Origin: an uncultured bacterium
GTDB taxonomy: Bacteria; Zixibacteria; MSB-5A5; CAIYYT01
DNA: 64,000 nt
NCBI GenBank assembly: GCA_963726455.1
Contig: CAVSCK010000004.1
Span: forward strand, 1,440,001 to 1,504,000
Direction: 5' to 3'
In this document: positions 10,493-20,722 of the stretch, piece by piece
Numbering within the stretch: position 1 is the stretch's first letter
How the letters are laid out: each line of letters starts with the position of its first letter
The notes under the pieces: model-generated
Database searches by the model: none
The model's input: only the letters and a program-made list of their open reading frames with translations
What the model was told of the DNA's origin: nothing
Made by a program: the position numbers and the translations under genes

Positions 10493-10578
10493 ATCCCACT
10501 GCCTCCAATAAACTAAGAATGAACGTTCTAGTTCAACAGCGATGCAAATTTCCGTGCTGTATCTATTTATCCTGCATT

Positions 10579-10607
10579 ATTATGCAAATTCCTGCAACCC
10601 TTGTCAA
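10579..10607 (-). promoter_or_regulatory. Sigma-70-like promoter for the small protein / activator operon
   Basis: Minus strand TTGACA-17 bp-CATAAT. Confidence 0.55.
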
Positions 10608-10723
10608 GTACTTTTTGCAGATGGCAGATAATAACCATTAACCTACCAGCGCAAGTCACTAGTAATCACGCACTTGCGCAGACGGCGCATTTCTTGCGCC
10701 AGAGTGTTTCGGCGCAGAATTTG

Positions 10724-11509
10724 TTATAGAATTTGTCCGTCGCGCAGCTTCGTGAACAATTTGTCCGCGATTTCATCCGGTGTGGCGCCGGATATCATTT
10801 CGCCCTTCGGCCTAGCCGGAGGAGTTGCCACATGGGTCACCTGACTTCCGGAACTCAATTCGGCCGAACCCGGAACAAGATTCAAAGCGGCAGCATTGTG
10901 GACTGTAATTTCTTTTTTCTTGGCTGTCATTTTGCCTTTGAGCGAAGGCAGCCGCGGCTCGTTGATTTCCTTTACGACCGAAAGCACGGCCGGGGTCGAC
11001 ACGGTCACTTTATCGAATCCATCATCGGTCATTCGCTCGACCGTCACCTTGCCGTCACCGATTGATTCGATCTTGCGCACGAACATCACGGCCGGCAGTC
11101 CGAGAAACCCGCCGATGGCCGGGGGAATCGTTGAAGCATCTGAATCGACCGCTTGCTTGCCCAGCAAAATCAAATCGAAATCGCCGCATTTGCGAATTCC
11201 GGCCGCCAGTAGCCGCGCCGTAGTAATTTCGTCCGCGCCGGCGAACGCGCCATCCATCAGATGCACGGCTTCATCGACGCCCAGGGCCAGCGCCTCGCGC
11301 AGCGCATATTCGGCTTCTTTGCCTCCGAGTGACAGCGCCGTGATACTGCCGCCGTTCTTTTCTTTCCATCGCAACGCTTCTTCGATACCATAACTATCGA
11401 ACGGATTGATCATCCCCGGTCCCTGCGGCAAACTGATTTCGCCTTTCTGCGCGTCCACCGACACCAGCGGAATTTCCGGAACCTGTTTGACACATACGAT
11501 CAGCTTCAT
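10724..11509 (-). CDS. etfB: Electron transfer flavoprotein beta subunit
   Basis: MKLIVCVKQVP, INPFD..GIEEA, DLILLGKQAVD, INEPRLPSLKG. Confidence 0.93.
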   Translation of the reverse strand: MKLIVCVKQVPEIPLVSVDAQKGEISLPQGPGMINPFDSYGIEEALRWKEKNGGSITALSLGGKEAEYALREALALGVDEAVHLMDGAFAGADEITTARLLAAGIRKCGDFDLILLGKQAVDSDASTIPPAIGGFLGLPAVMFVRKIESIGDGKVTVERMTDDGFDKVTVSTPAVLSVVKEINEPRLPSLKGKMTAKKKEITVHNAAALNLVPGSAELSSGSQVTHVATPPARPKGEMISGATPDEIADKLFTKLRDGQIL

Positions 11510-11526
11510 GGTATCTCCTCTGCGAT

Positions 11527-12285
11527 TCAGGATTCTGAGTTGAGAGTTGTCAGCGCTTCAGCGGCTGCTTTCTGTTCGGCGTTCTTCTTGGAGTCACCGA
11601 CTCCCGTTCCCATTCTCTTCCCCCCGACAAACACATCTACGGTAAAGATCTTCTTGTGCTCCGGTCCTTCTTCGCCGGTTACCGTATAATGAGGCATCCC
11701 GGCGCCCCGCGCCTGCAAGCGCTCGAGCAATTCACCTTTGTAATTTCTAAGCGATAGTGCCTTGCTGGTCTGGCCGAAATCAAACGATATGGCCTGTTTG
11801 ATCACTTCACGCGTCGCCGCCATGCCGCCGTCGAGATACACCGCGCCGATCACCGCCTCCAGACAATCGGCGACAATCGACTGGCGGCGCCTGCCGCCTG
11901 CACGCTCTTCGTCGCTGGATAGAAAGACATAATCGCCGAGTCCCATCTTATTCCCGACATGTGCCAGCACTTTCTTGTTTACGAGAAGTGACTTGCTCTT
12001 GGTGAGATCACCTTCCGTCATGTCCGGATGCTTTTGATAGAGTTCTTCGGCGACCACCAGACCCAGCACCGAATCGCCGAGAAATTCGAGGCGTTCGTAA
12101 GACTGAGTGATGCTGGATTCATTGGCGCGCAGATGCGAACGATGCGTCAAAGCTAATTCGAGGTAAACAGTATTGCGGAAATTGTAGCCCAGCTTGCGTT
12201 CTAGTTCGTCCCGTCCCTTAAGAGAAACGCCCCCGTCACTCCTGATGGGTTTCTTGCCAAAGATTTTCGACAAGATGCGAAGCAT
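11527..12285 (-). CDS. rnc: Ribonuclease III
   Basis: ALTHRS, ERLEFLGDSVLG, ADCLEAVIGAVYLDGG, dsRBD. Confidence 0.97.
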   Translation of the reverse strand: MLRILSKIFGKKPIRSDGGVSLKGRDELERKLGYNFRNTVYLELALTHRSHLRANESSITQSYERLEFLGDSVLGLVVAEELYQKHPDMTEGDLTKSKSLLVNKKVLAHVGNKMGLGDYVFLSSDEERAGGRRRQSIVADCLEAVIGAVYLDGGMAATREVIKQAISFDFGQTSKALSLRNYKGELLERLQARGAGMPHYTVTGEEGPEHKKIFTVDVFVGGKRMGTGVGDSKKNAEQKAAAEALTTLNSES

Positions 12286-12287
12286 GG

Positions 12288-13535
12288 TTATCCGGCAGAA
12301 TTGGCATGTTTTCCCAGGGCAAGCGTGACGTTATGTCCGCCAAAACCAAAGGAATTGCTCAATGCGTATTTGATGTCGACGGCTCTGCCGGTTCCCTTCG
12401 TGTAATCCAGATCGCACTGCGGATCCTGGCTGTCGATGTTTATCGTCGGATGCACATAACCGTCCCGCAATGATAATGCGCAGATCACGGCTTCCGCCGC
12501 CCCGGCCGCGCCCAGCATATGGCCGATCATCGACTTGCTCGAATTGATCGCCAGTGATTTGGCTTGTTCGCCGAACACGGTCTTGATCGCCAACGTCTCG
12601 GCGATATCGCCCAGCGGCGTCGAAGTGCCGTGGGTGTTGACATAGCCGATCTTGTCAATCGACAAACCCGCATCCTTCATCGCCGCTCGCATGGCGCGCG
12701 CAGCACCATCGCCATCCGGCGACGGCGCCGTGATGTGATAGGCATCCGCCGACATGCCGAACCCGACAAGATCAGCATATACTTTGGCGCCACGACGTTT
12801 CGCATATTCCTCTTCTTCGAGAACTATAATCGCCGCGCCTTCTCCCATGACAAAGCCGTCGCGATCAATATCAAACGGCCTCGATGCCCTTTGCGGCTCG
12901 TCATTGCGCGTCGAAAGCGCCCGCGAGGAACAGAAACCCGCGAACGACATCTCGGTAATCGATGCTTCCGCGCCTCCGGTGATAACCACCTCGGCTTCGC
13001 CGTGCTGAATTATTCGCATCGCGTCGCCAATGGCATGCGCGGAAGAAGCGCAGGCGCTGACCGTCCCATAATTGGGTCCTTTGAACCCGAAGCGCAGGGA
13101 AATCAGCCCCGATAGCATATCAATGATCATCATCGGGATAAAGAAGGGCGATACCCGCGATGGTCCCTTCTCGACAAACGCGGTATGCTGCTCCTCAAAG
13201 GAGAGAATACCGCCGATTCCCGAACCGGTTACCACCGCAACTCGATCTTTGTCGACCTGATCGAGATTTAATCCCGAATCGTCGATTGCCATCTGCGCCG
13301 CGCCAATTGCAAACTGCTGAACCAGATCGGTGCGCCGCAGTTCTTTCTTGTCAAGATACTTAGCCGCGTCGAAACCTTTGACCTGCGCCGCGATTCGGCA
13401 GTCAAATCGGGATGTGTCGAATCGTTCTACCTGGGAAACGCCTGAAAGTCCGGCCCTGAGATTCTGCCAGAGCTCCTCGACATTGTTCCCGAGTGGCGTC
13501 AGCACACCAATTCCGGTGATCACCGCTTTCTTCAT
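12288..13535 (-). CDS. fabF: 3-oxoacyl-ACP synthase II
   Basis: VITGIG, SACAS, HGTSTPLGD, GHMLGAAG, SNSFGFGGHN. Confidence 0.97.
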   Translation of the reverse strand: MKKAVITGIGVLTPLGNNVEELWQNLRAGLSGVSQVERFDTSRFDCRIAAQVKGFDAAKYLDKKELRRTDLVQQFAIGAAQMAIDDSGLNLDQVDKDRVAVVTGSGIGGILSFEEQHTAFVEKGPSRVSPFFIPMMIIDMLSGLISLRFGFKGPNYGTVSACASSAHAIGDAMRIIQHGEAEVVITGGAEASITEMSFAGFCSSRALSTRNDEPQRASRPFDIDRDGFVMGEGAAIIVLEEEEYAKRRGAKVYADLVGFGMSADAYHITAPSPDGDGAARAMRAAMKDAGLSIDKIGYVNTHGTSTPLGDIAETLAIKTVFGEQAKSLAINSSKSMIGHMLGAAGAAEAVICALSLRDGYVHPTINIDSQDPQCDLDYTKGTGRAVDIKYALSNSFGFGGHNVTLALGKHANSAG

Positions 13536-13580
13536 CAAACCAACTTCCTGTCTGTTATGGCGGAAAGTTTAACGACCCCT

Positions 13581-13817
13581 TTACTGCTTGGCGTGCGCCT
13601 TGATATAATTGATGGCGTCTCCGACAGTTCCAATTTTCTCCGCCTCTTCGTCGGGGATTTCGAGACTGAATGCCTCTTCCAGCGCCATCACCAGCTCCAC
13701 GGTGTCCAGCGAGTCAGCGCCGAGATCGTCCACGAATTTTGCTGCCGGTACTACGGCATCCTTGTCAACGTTGAGTTGCTCAACGATAATATCCTTGACC
13801 TTTGCTTCGACGTCCAT
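13581..13817 (-). CDS. acpP: Acyl carrier protein
   Basis: [18 protein letters not shown]; ATG 13817 is 6 nt from GGAGGAG. Confidence 0.97.
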   Translation of the reverse strand: MDVEAKVKDIIVEQLNVDKDAVVPAAKFVDDLGADSLDTVELVMALEEAFSLEIPDEEAEKIGTVGDAINYIKAHAKQ

Positions 13818-13860
13818 TTCCATCTCCTCCAAATTGTATCAAACTAATATGACTTAATTT

Positions 13861-14598
13861 TCACATTAACAAGCCACCACAGACGGGCAGTACCTGCCCC
13901 GTGATGTATGCCGATTCATCCGCCGCCAGGAACAGCACCGCGTTGGCCACATCCTCCGGCAGTCCGGCACGCTTGAGCGGTATGTTTGTAAGAAACGCCT
14001 GCTTGGCTGCATCGGGAAGATGCTCGGTCATTTCCGTCTGGATGTATCCCGGCGCAACCGCGTTGACGGTCACGTTCCTCCCCGCCAGTTCCTTGGCCGC
14101 GCTCTTGGTCAGGCCAACCAGTCCGGCCTTTGACGCCGAGTAATTCGCTTGTCCAAAATTGCCCATCAGGCCGACTACCGACGAAATGTTGACAATCCTT
14201 CCAGTGCGCGCCTTGATCATGACTTTGGCTGCCGCCTGAGTCATCAGGAACGCTCCCTTGAGGTTGATATTCAATACGCGATCCCAGTCTGCCTCGGCCA
14301 TCTTAATCAACAACGTATCTTTGGTGATTCCGGCGTTGTTCACCAATATGTCCAGCGACCCGAAGCTGGCGACCGTCTTCTCGATGGCGGCCTGGGCTTC
14401 GGTCGAGGAAGTCACATCACAGTGAACGAATGCCACCCCACCACGACCGGTCAACTCACTTACTGTCTGCGCCCCGGCATCGTCAAGAACATCCGCGATC
14501 ATTACCTTGCAGCCATGATCCATCAACTTTTCGACAATCGCTCTGCCTATGCCGCGCGCTCCACCCGTGACCAAAGCCGCTTTACCCGAAAGATTCAA
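13861..14598 (-). CDS. fabG: 3-oxoacyl-ACP reductase
   Basis: TGGARGIG, NNAGITKD, NYSASKAG; operon context. Confidence 0.96.
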   Translation of the reverse strand: MNLSGKAALVTGGARGIGRAIVEKLMDHGCKVMIADVLDDAGAQTVSELTGRGGVAFVHCDVTSSTEAQAAIEKTVASFGSLDILVNNAGITKDTLLIKMAEADWDRVLNINLKGAFLMTQAAAKVMIKARTGRIVNISSVVGLMGNFGQANYSASKAGLVGLTKSAAKELAGRNVTVNAVAPGYIQTEMTEHLPDAAKQAFLTNIPLKRAGLPEDVANAVLFLAADESAYITGQVLPVCGGLLM

Positions 14599-15536
14599 AC
14601 CGCCTCCAGCAATTTCTCGCCAACCAAATCAAAGTCCGAGAGTTTGTCAAGACTCATAATTTCAACATCTTGCAGCGTTCGCTTGACTAAACCGGACAGT
14701 ACTTTGCCCGGCCCGACTTCCACAAATCGGCGTACTCCCTGGCGATAGAGCTCTTCGAGCGTAGCAACCCACAAGACCGGCGCCGTGATCTGCTGTACCA
14801 GCAAATCCTTGACCCGGTCAGGATCAGTCTCCGGTTTGGCAGTCACGTTGGCGACCACCGGAAATGCCGGCGCATGAAACGCGATTTGATCCAAAGTCAC
14901 TCTCAATTTCGCCGCAGCGGATTCCATCAATGGTGAATGAAACGCTCCGCCGACCGGCAGCAGAATGGCTCTCTTGGCACCAAGTTCCTTGGCAATCGGC
15001 AACGCCTTTTCCACTGTTTCGTAATCACCCGAGATAGCGACCTGTTCGGGTGAATTGAAGTTAGCCGGTACGCAGATTCCCAACGGCTTCGTCCTCTCAA
15101 CCAACTTGGCGATCATATCCGGACTCAGTCCGATGATTGCCGCCATGGTTCCACGACTTTGCTCGCAAGCTTCCTGCATCGCCTTACAGCGCGTATTGAC
15201 GGCCGTGATTGCGTCAACCGCCGACAGAAATCCCGCCGACACCAGCGCCGAATACTCACCCAATGAATGTCCAGCGGCAAAGTCCGGCTTAAGACCCGAT
15301 CGCTCCAGAACCAGCAGCCATGCCAACGAGTGAACCAGTATCGCCGGCTGCGTCACAACCGTCTCTTTCAATTTTTCTTCAGGCCCGTTGAAGCTCATGC
15401 CGGCAAGATCATAGCCCAGTATCAGCGACGCTTTGTCATAAAGCGCTCTGACCTCTTCATGCTTGTCGCATAGATCTTGCCCCATGCCGACATACTGAGA
15501 CCCCTGTCCGGGAAACAAAAAAGCAGTTTTGCTCAT
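14595..15536 (-). CDS. fabD: Malonyl-CoA:ACP transacylase
   Basis: FLFPGQGSQ, GHSLGEYSAL, GAFHSPLM; start placed at MSKTAF. Confidence 0.96.
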   Translation of the reverse strand: MSKTAFLFPGQGSQYVGMGQDLCDKHEEVRALYDKASLILGYDLAGMSFNGPEEKLKETVVTQPAILVHSLAWLLVLERSGLKPDFAAGHSLGEYSALVSAGFLSAVDAITAVNTRCKAMQEACEQSRGTMAAIIGLSPDMIAKLVERTKPLGICVPANFNSPEQVAISGDYETVEKALPIAKELGAKRAILLPVGGAFHSPLMESAAAKLRVTLDQIAFHAPAFPVVANVTAKPETDPDRVKDLLVQQITAPVLWVATLEELYRQGVRRFVEVGPGKVLSGLVKRTLQDVEIMSLDKLSDFDLVGEKLLEAV

Positions 15537-15537
15537 A

Positions 15538-16536
15538 CTAACACCTGACCAGTGCGGCGCCCCAGACCAACCCGCCTCCAAAAGAAACCAACAGCGCCAG
15601 ATCACCCGGCTTCAATCTTCCCTGCTGCTTGGCTTCCACCATTGCTATCCCGATCGAGGCGGCGGAGGTATTGCCATATTTCTGAATATTGATAAACAGT
15701 TTTTCTTCCGGAATTTGGAGCCGCTTGGCCAGTGAATGAATAATGCGGATGTTTGCCTGGTGGGGAATGAAAAGTGACACGTCCTCGGGCTTGTAACCGG
15801 CTTCGGCAATCACTTTTTCCGCCGCATCCTGCATCAGACGTACCGCATGCTTGAATATCTCGGAGCCATTCATGTAAAGATACTTGCCTTCATCAAGAAT
15901 GTTCTCCGCCGTCAGCGGGTTACGTGAACCACCGCTCTTGACGAATAGCAGATCAGTGTGGTTGCCGTTGGCGGCGATATGGGTGGCTAGTATACCCACG
16001 CCCGGTTCATCAACGCGCTTGACAATTGCCGCTCCGGCGCCGTCGCCAAACAAAACGCAGGTGCCGCGATCCTTATAATTGGTGATCGACGTCAAAGTCT
16101 CGCAGCCGACCACTAAAACCGTGCGCGCCATTCCTGCCAAGACATAAGCGCGCGCCGTCGTAAGCGCATAGATGTAGCCGACGCAAGCGGCATTGACATC
16201 CATCGCCGCTGCATTTGATGCGCCCAGTGCTTTCTGAACCAGGGTCGCCGTTGAAGGCGTCTTCATATCCGGAGTTACCGTCCCGACGATAATCAAATCG
16301 AGTTCTTCCGCAGTCATGCCGGCGTCTGCCAGCGCGCGTTTGGCGGCCTTGATGGACATGTCCGAAGTCGCCTCGCCGGACTTGCCAACCACGTGGCGCG
16401 TCTTGATACCGGTGCGGGTGGTGATCCACTCGTCGGAGGTGTCGACTATTTTTTCAAAATCGGCGTTGGTCAGAATCGTTTCCGGAACGTAACACCCGAT
16501 CCCCGCCATTTTGGCCGAAATATGTCTATTATTCAT
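15538..16536 (-). CDS. fabH: 3-oxoacyl-ACP synthase III
   Basis: DTSDEWI..RTGI, AACVG, LFGDGAGA, PHQANIRI, GNTSAASI. Confidence 0.97.
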   Translation of the reverse strand: MNNRHISAKMAGIGCYVPETILTNADFEKIVDTSDEWITTRTGIKTRHVVGKSGEATSDMSIKAAKRALADAGMTAEELDLIIVGTVTPDMKTPSTATLVQKALGASNAAAMDVNAACVGYIYALTTARAYVLAGMARTVLVVGCETLTSITNYKDRGTCVLFGDGAGAAIVKRVDEPGVGILATHIAANGNHTDLLFVKSGGSRNPLTAENILDEGKYLYMNGSEIFKHAVRLMQDAAEKVIAEAGYKPEDVSLFIPHQANIRIIHSLAKRLQIPEEKLFINIQKYGNTSAASIGIAMVEAKQQGRLKPGDLALLVSFGGGLVWGAALVRC

Positions 16537-17564
16537 CTTCCTATGATTTCTTGCTGATTACTCGAAATCCGCTTCTCGATATGCCCGTTGGCATCGGTGC
16601 GAACCATATCGACGGCTATCCTGATTGCGTTAGCTATCGCCTTGGACGATGACTTGCCGTGACTGATAACGCAATTTCCGTTGATGCCCAACAATGGTGC
16701 TCCGCCATACTCGGAATAATCGAATACCTTCCGCATCCTCCGCAGGAACGGCCCCATCAAGATTGCTCCCGCTTTCGAGAACGGATTCGAACTAATCTGT
16801 TTCTGCACCCGAGACTCAAGGAACCCTTTGAGCGACTCGGCAAACTTAAGCACGATATTCCCGATAAATCCGTCGCAGACGACCACGTCGCAACTGCCTT
16901 CGAGAATGTCGCGCCCCTCTACATTACCCACGAACTTCAACTCGCTGACCCGCGTCAACAGATCATGACTGGACGCTGTCAATTCGTTCCCCTTCACTGA
17001 CTCTTCTCCGATCGACAGCAGTCCGACTCGCGGCGATTGAATCTTGAGAATGTCTTCGGCATAGGTCACGCCCATCTGGGCAAACTGCAGAATGTTCTCC
17101 GGCTTCACATCGACATTGGCGCCGACGTCCAACAACAACGTCGTCCGTTCCAACCGGTTTGGCAGCCCGGCAGCTATCGCCGGACGTGACACCCCGCGCA
17201 AGCGACCCAGGGTTAACACGGCGTTGGCCATTACCGCGCCGGTATTACCGGCGGACACGACGGCATCAACCAATCCTTCTTTGTGCATTCTGACGGCAAC
17301 GGCCATCGAGGAATCCTTCTTGCGGAGTCCTTCGGTGGCGGCAACGTGCATATCGACGACTTCAGAGGCGTTTTCCACTCGCAACGGTAAATTGCCGTTC
17401 ACGCCCATCTGTGCCAGGTGCTCCCGAATGAGAGTCTCGTCACCAACCAGAACGATAGCCGTCCCCTTTTGCAGCGGATCGCGCAAAAACTCCACTGCCC
17501 CGCTAATCAGCGGCAGGGGGCCGTGATCGGCGCCCATACAGTCGACGGCGATTGTTTGTCCCAA
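16533..17564 (-). CDS. plsX: Phosphate acyltransferase
   Basis: IAVDCMGAD, SAGNTGA, DVGAN, DGFIGN, YGGAPLLG, HGKS; TTG start after the rpmF stop. Confidence 0.95.
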   Translation of the reverse strand: MGQTIAVDCMGADHGPLPLISGAVEFLRDPLQKGTAIVLVGDETLIREHLAQMGVNGNLPLRVENASEVVDMHVAATEGLRKKDSSMAVAVRMHKEGLVDAVVSAGNTGAVMANAVLTLGRLRGVSRPAIAAGLPNRLERTTLLLDVGANVDVKPENILQFAQMGVTYAEDILKIQSPRVGLLSIGEESVKGNELTASSHDLLTRVSELKFVGNVEGRDILEGSCDVVVCDGFIGNIVLKFAESLKGFLESRVQKQISSNPFSKAGAILMGPFLRRMRKVFDYSEYGGAPLLGINGNCVISHGKSSSKAIANAIRIAVDMVRTDANGHIEKRISSNQQEIIGR

Positions 17565-17571
17565 TTGAGTG

Positions 17572-17754
17572 TTACTTTTCCTTTCCGGCAGTGATCTGTT
17601 GACCACGATAATAGCCGCACTCCGGACAAATATGGTGGAACAGCTTCATCTCACTGCAGTGTGAACACTTCACCAAAGCCGGAATTGTGGCTACATAGTG
17701 CGTCCGCCGTTTGCGGCCGCGTTGCTTCGAATGTCTTCGTTTTGGAAGTGGCAT
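17572..17754 (-). CDS. rpmF: 50S ribosomal protein L32
   Basis: MPLPKRRHSK..RRTH, CxxC..HHICPECGYY. Confidence 0.97.
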   Translation of the reverse strand: MPLPKRRHSKQRGRKRRTHYVATIPALVKCSHCSEMKLFHHICPECGYYRGQQITAGKEK

Positions 17755-17783
17755 AACGCTCCAATAAATATATTGTTCTATTC

Positions 17784-18302
17784 TCAGTTCTTATACAGTT
17801 TTCGTATCGCTTCCCAGCGGGGATCTTCGGTGTCTGCCTTGCAGTTGCAGGGAGACTCGTTCAAATTTGCGCCACACTGGGGGCAAAGGCCGCGACATTC
17901 CGGCTTGCACAACGGTTTCATCGGCTGTTCCAGTACAATCGCATCGCGAATATGCTGATCCAGACTGAACACCGTCTTTGACTCCGGGTACAGCACAAAC
18001 CGGTCATCGTCCGCATCTTCTTCGAGGGACGCGTCCTGGTCGGACACCAACTGAATAACAATATTCATTGGCACCCGATACGGCACTTCATATTCCTCCA
18101 CACAACGCGCGCACGTGTACCTGACCGTGAAAGTCATCACGCCGTCAAGAAACACCTCATCTTCTATGCGTCGGGTTGTCAGTTTGTAAACAACGTCCGA
18201 ACCGAGAGCCGCTAACTCAAGCTTAAGATCAAGCTCCGACGGAGTCGCCTTAAGCTCCAATTCCGTCGTGGCAGCCGTTATGGCATCCAATTGGATTTCC
18301 AT
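17784..18302 (-). CDS. yceD: DUF177 / YceD family protein
   Basis: CARC, PMKPLCKPECRGLCPQCGANLN, DPRW; upstream of rpmF. Confidence 0.9.
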   Translation of the reverse strand: MEIQLDAITAATTELELKATPSELDLKLELAALGSDVVYKLTTRRIEDEVFLDGVMTFTVRYTCARCVEEYEVPYRVPMNIVIQLVSDQDASLEEDADDDRFVLYPESKTVFSLDQHIRDAIVLEQPMKPLCKPECRGLCPQCGANLNESPCNCKADTEDPRWEAIRKLYKN

Positions 18303-18452
18303 AGCTGGTTATTGTACTTGGATTCCGTTACTTTGTCAAGCGCAAAAGGGTCATGCGCGGTTAACCTCACCTCTCCAGTTATACGCACGCAACGACTTAG
18401 ATCAGAAAGACATCAGCATGAAGACGGTTGGTGGGATCGTGGTTTTTTGGGG

Positions 18453-18483
18453 AAAAACCCCTCGCCGGACACCGGCGAGGGGT
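18453..18483 (-). terminator. Rho-independent terminator after ackA
   Basis: ACCCCTCGCCGG-aca-CCGGCGAGGGGT with adjacent A-run (U tail on minus strand). Confidence 0.8.
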
Positions 18484-18496
18484 CTATCAGAAAGCT

Positions 18497-19711
18497 TCAA
18501 TCATCAGGATGCATATTCTCCAGAATCTCCAAAGTATCTGCCGCAATAACCAGTTCCTCATTCGCCGGAATGGCCAGCACCTTCACCTTGGAACTGTCGG
18601 TGGAGATTATCGCCTCTTTGCCGATGGCGGCCTTGTTCTTGTCCGGGTCAATTTCGATACCAAAGAAATCCAGCCCCTTGGTGATCGCTTCCCGCACCTG
18701 CCACGAATTTTCACCGATTCCCGCCGAGAAAACAACCGCATCCAATCCGCCCATGGCGGCGGCATATCCGCCGATGTATTTCTTGACGCGATAAGTATAC
18801 ATGTCAAACGCCAACCGCGCCGACTTCACACCGTTGGCCATCTCCTCGAGAATTTCGCGCATATCGGATGAAATGCCGCTGACGCCGGCGAGTCCGGAAT
18901 GCTTGTTCAGCATTGTGTTCGCCTCGTGCAATGACAATTCCTCGCGGCCCATCATGTGCAAAATAATCGCCGGATCAATGTCACCGCAACGGGTGCCCAT
19001 CATCAATCCTTCCAGAGGCGTAAAGCCCATCGACGTATCCACCGACGTGCCGTGGTCAATCGCCGTAATCGACGCGCCGTTACCGAGGTGCGCCGTAATC
19101 ATTTTCAATTTCGCCCGCGTTGTACCCAGCAACTCGGCGGCGCGCTTCGACACGAAATGATGGTTCATGCCGTGGAAGCCGTAACGTCTGATCCGGTACT
19201 TCTTATATAATAGGTAAGGCAGCGGATAAATATAGGCGTAGTCCGGCATCTGATAATGAAACGCGGTGTCAAATACCGCGACGTTCGGCACCCCCGGCAG
19301 GCCGGTCATGGCCGCGTTGATTCCCCGGATGTTATGCGGATTGTGTAACGGCGCCAGCTCGATCAGCTTTCGCAACTCCAGCATCACTTCCGGTGTCACC
19401 AAGCACGATGCAGTAAAGCGCTCGCCGCCATGAACCACTCGATGGCCGACCGCCGCGATTTCACTTCTGTCCTTGATTACGCCGTGATTCGGAGACAGCA
19501 ATATCGCCACCACATGTTCGATCGCGATGGTATGGTCAAGGATTTCCGCCGACATCGTCACTTCCGGACGGTCGAACGGCTTATGCGCAATCACTGCCCC
19601 GGACATGCCGATGCGTGACACCATTCCCTTCGCCAGACAAACATGGGTTTCCATTTCGAACAATTGGTACTTGACCGACGAGGAACCACAGTTCAACACG
19701 AGTATCTTCAT
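18497..19711 (-). CDS. ackA: Acetate kinase
   Basis: LVLNCGSSSVK, GHRVVHGG, APLHNP, HLGNGAS, DTSMGFTPLEG. Confidence 0.97.
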   Translation of the reverse strand: MKILVLNCGSSSVKYQLFEMETHVCLAKGMVSRIGMSGAVIAHKPFDRPEVTMSAEILDHTIAIEHVVAILLSPNHGVIKDRSEIAAVGHRVVHGGERFTASCLVTPEVMLELRKLIELAPLHNPHNIRGINAAMTGLPGVPNVAVFDTAFHYQMPDYAYIYPLPYLLYKKYRIRRYGFHGMNHHFVSKRAAELLGTTRAKLKMITAHLGNGASITAIDHGTSVDTSMGFTPLEGLMMGTRCGDIDPAIILHMMGREELSLHEANTMLNKHSGLAGVSGISSDMREILEEMANGVKSARLAFDMYTYRVKKYIGGYAAAMGGLDAVVFSAGIGENSWQVREAITKGLDFFGIEIDPDKNKAAIGKEAIISTDSSKVKVLAIPANEELVIAADTLEILENMHPDD

Positions 19712-19723
19712 TGTCAGTTCCTC

Positions 19724-20605
19724 CTAAATCCGGTTGCCTTCGGAGTCATACTTGAAAAATCCCTTGCCGGTCTTGACGCCGAGCTGTCCCGCGCGCACCA
19801 TCTTGCGCAACAGCGGACAGGGATTGTATTTGACCTCCCCCAATTCATCGAACAGATTTTCCATCCAGCTCATTACTTCATCCAGTCCCATCATATCCGC
19901 CAACGCCAGCGGCCCCATATTAAAACCAAATCCCAGCTTCATCGCCGTGTCAATGTCGTCCGGAGTGGCCGTGCCTTCCATCAACACATGCATGGCCTCG
20001 TTCAGGAACGGCACCATGATACGCGTCGTCACGAAACCCGGGTACTCATTAACTTGTACCGGCGTCTTGTTCAACTTGGTCGCAAATTCATAGATCAATT
20101 TATAGGTCTCATCCGACGTCTGCAACCCGCGCACGATTTCAACCAGCGGCACCTTGTGCACCGGATTGAGAAAGTGCATGCCGATCACTTTCTCCGGTCT
20201 CTTGGTGGGTGCTGCCAGCTCGGAGATCGACAGGGTCGACGTATTAGTCACGAAGACGGTCCCCGGCGGGCACACCTGGTCAAGCTTCTTGAACAATTCC
20301 CGCTTGGCCTCACGGCTTTCCGGAATCGCTTCGATAACCATTTTGGCGCGCTTGACACATTCGCAACTGTTGGGGTCGGTCTTGATGCGCGCAAGGATCG
20401 CTTTCTTTTCCGACGCCGTGATGCCCCACTTTTCGATTTCGCGATCCAACGCATCCGACAGGAAGTGAAGCGACTTTTCCAGGATTTCAGCATTGAGATC
20501 ACAGAGAATGACTTCGGTACCGGTCTCGGCGATGGTACGGGAAATTCCCTGCCCCATCGTACCGGCGCCGATGACGACTATTTTATCTAGTTTGTCTGGC
20601 GACAT
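19724..20605 (-). CDS. hbd: 3-hydroxybutyryl/3-hydroxyacyl-CoA dehydrogenase
   Basis: GAGTMGQGI, NTSTLSI, GMHFLNPV, PGFV, MGPL..AD..GLD, GVKTGKGFF. Confidence 0.88.
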   Translation of the reverse strand: MSPDKLDKIVVIGAGTMGQGISRTIAETGTEVILCDLNAEILEKSLHFLSDALDREIEKWGITASEKKAILARIKTDPNSCECVKRAKMVIEAIPESREAKRELFKKLDQVCPPGTVFVTNTSTLSISELAAPTKRPEKVIGMHFLNPVHKVPLVEIVRGLQTSDETYKLIYEFATKLNKTPVQVNEYPGFVTTRIMVPFLNEAMHVLMEGTATPDDIDTAMKLGFGFNMGPLALADMMGLDEVMSWMENLFDELGEVKYNPCPLLRKMVRAGQLGVKTGKGFFKYDSEGNRI

Positions 20606-20704
20606 GTTAAACCTCTCTAATGAAAAAGCAGGCGCACCCATCCTCGGGTACTCCTCTATCATCTGTCGTCAATATACCCCTTTGTATCGACCGTGCAAAT
20701 CTAT

Positions 20705-20722
20705 TTGTGAAATTTTTCTCTA
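20705..20722. promoter_or_regulatory. Degenerate Rex/CRP-like box upstream of hbd-ackA
   Basis: TTGTGAA-ATTT-TTCTCTA versus TTGTGAA-N4-TTCACAA. Confidence 0.4.

Noticed and set aside
10543-10559. CAGCACGGAAATTTGCA (minus strand) as a sigma-54 promoter
   Set aside because: It lacks the -24 GG, and the spacing is one base too long.
11527-18302. fab gene cluster as a secondary-metabolite (type II PKS) locus
   Set aside because: It is the canonical housekeeping yceD-rpmF-plsX-fabH-fabD-fabG-acpP-fabF-rnc order, with no chain-length factor or tailoring genes.
20646-20659. 14-bp match GGGTACTCCTCTAT, also at 57189..57202
   Set aside because: Matches of this length are expected by chance in 64 kb, and the contexts are unrelated.
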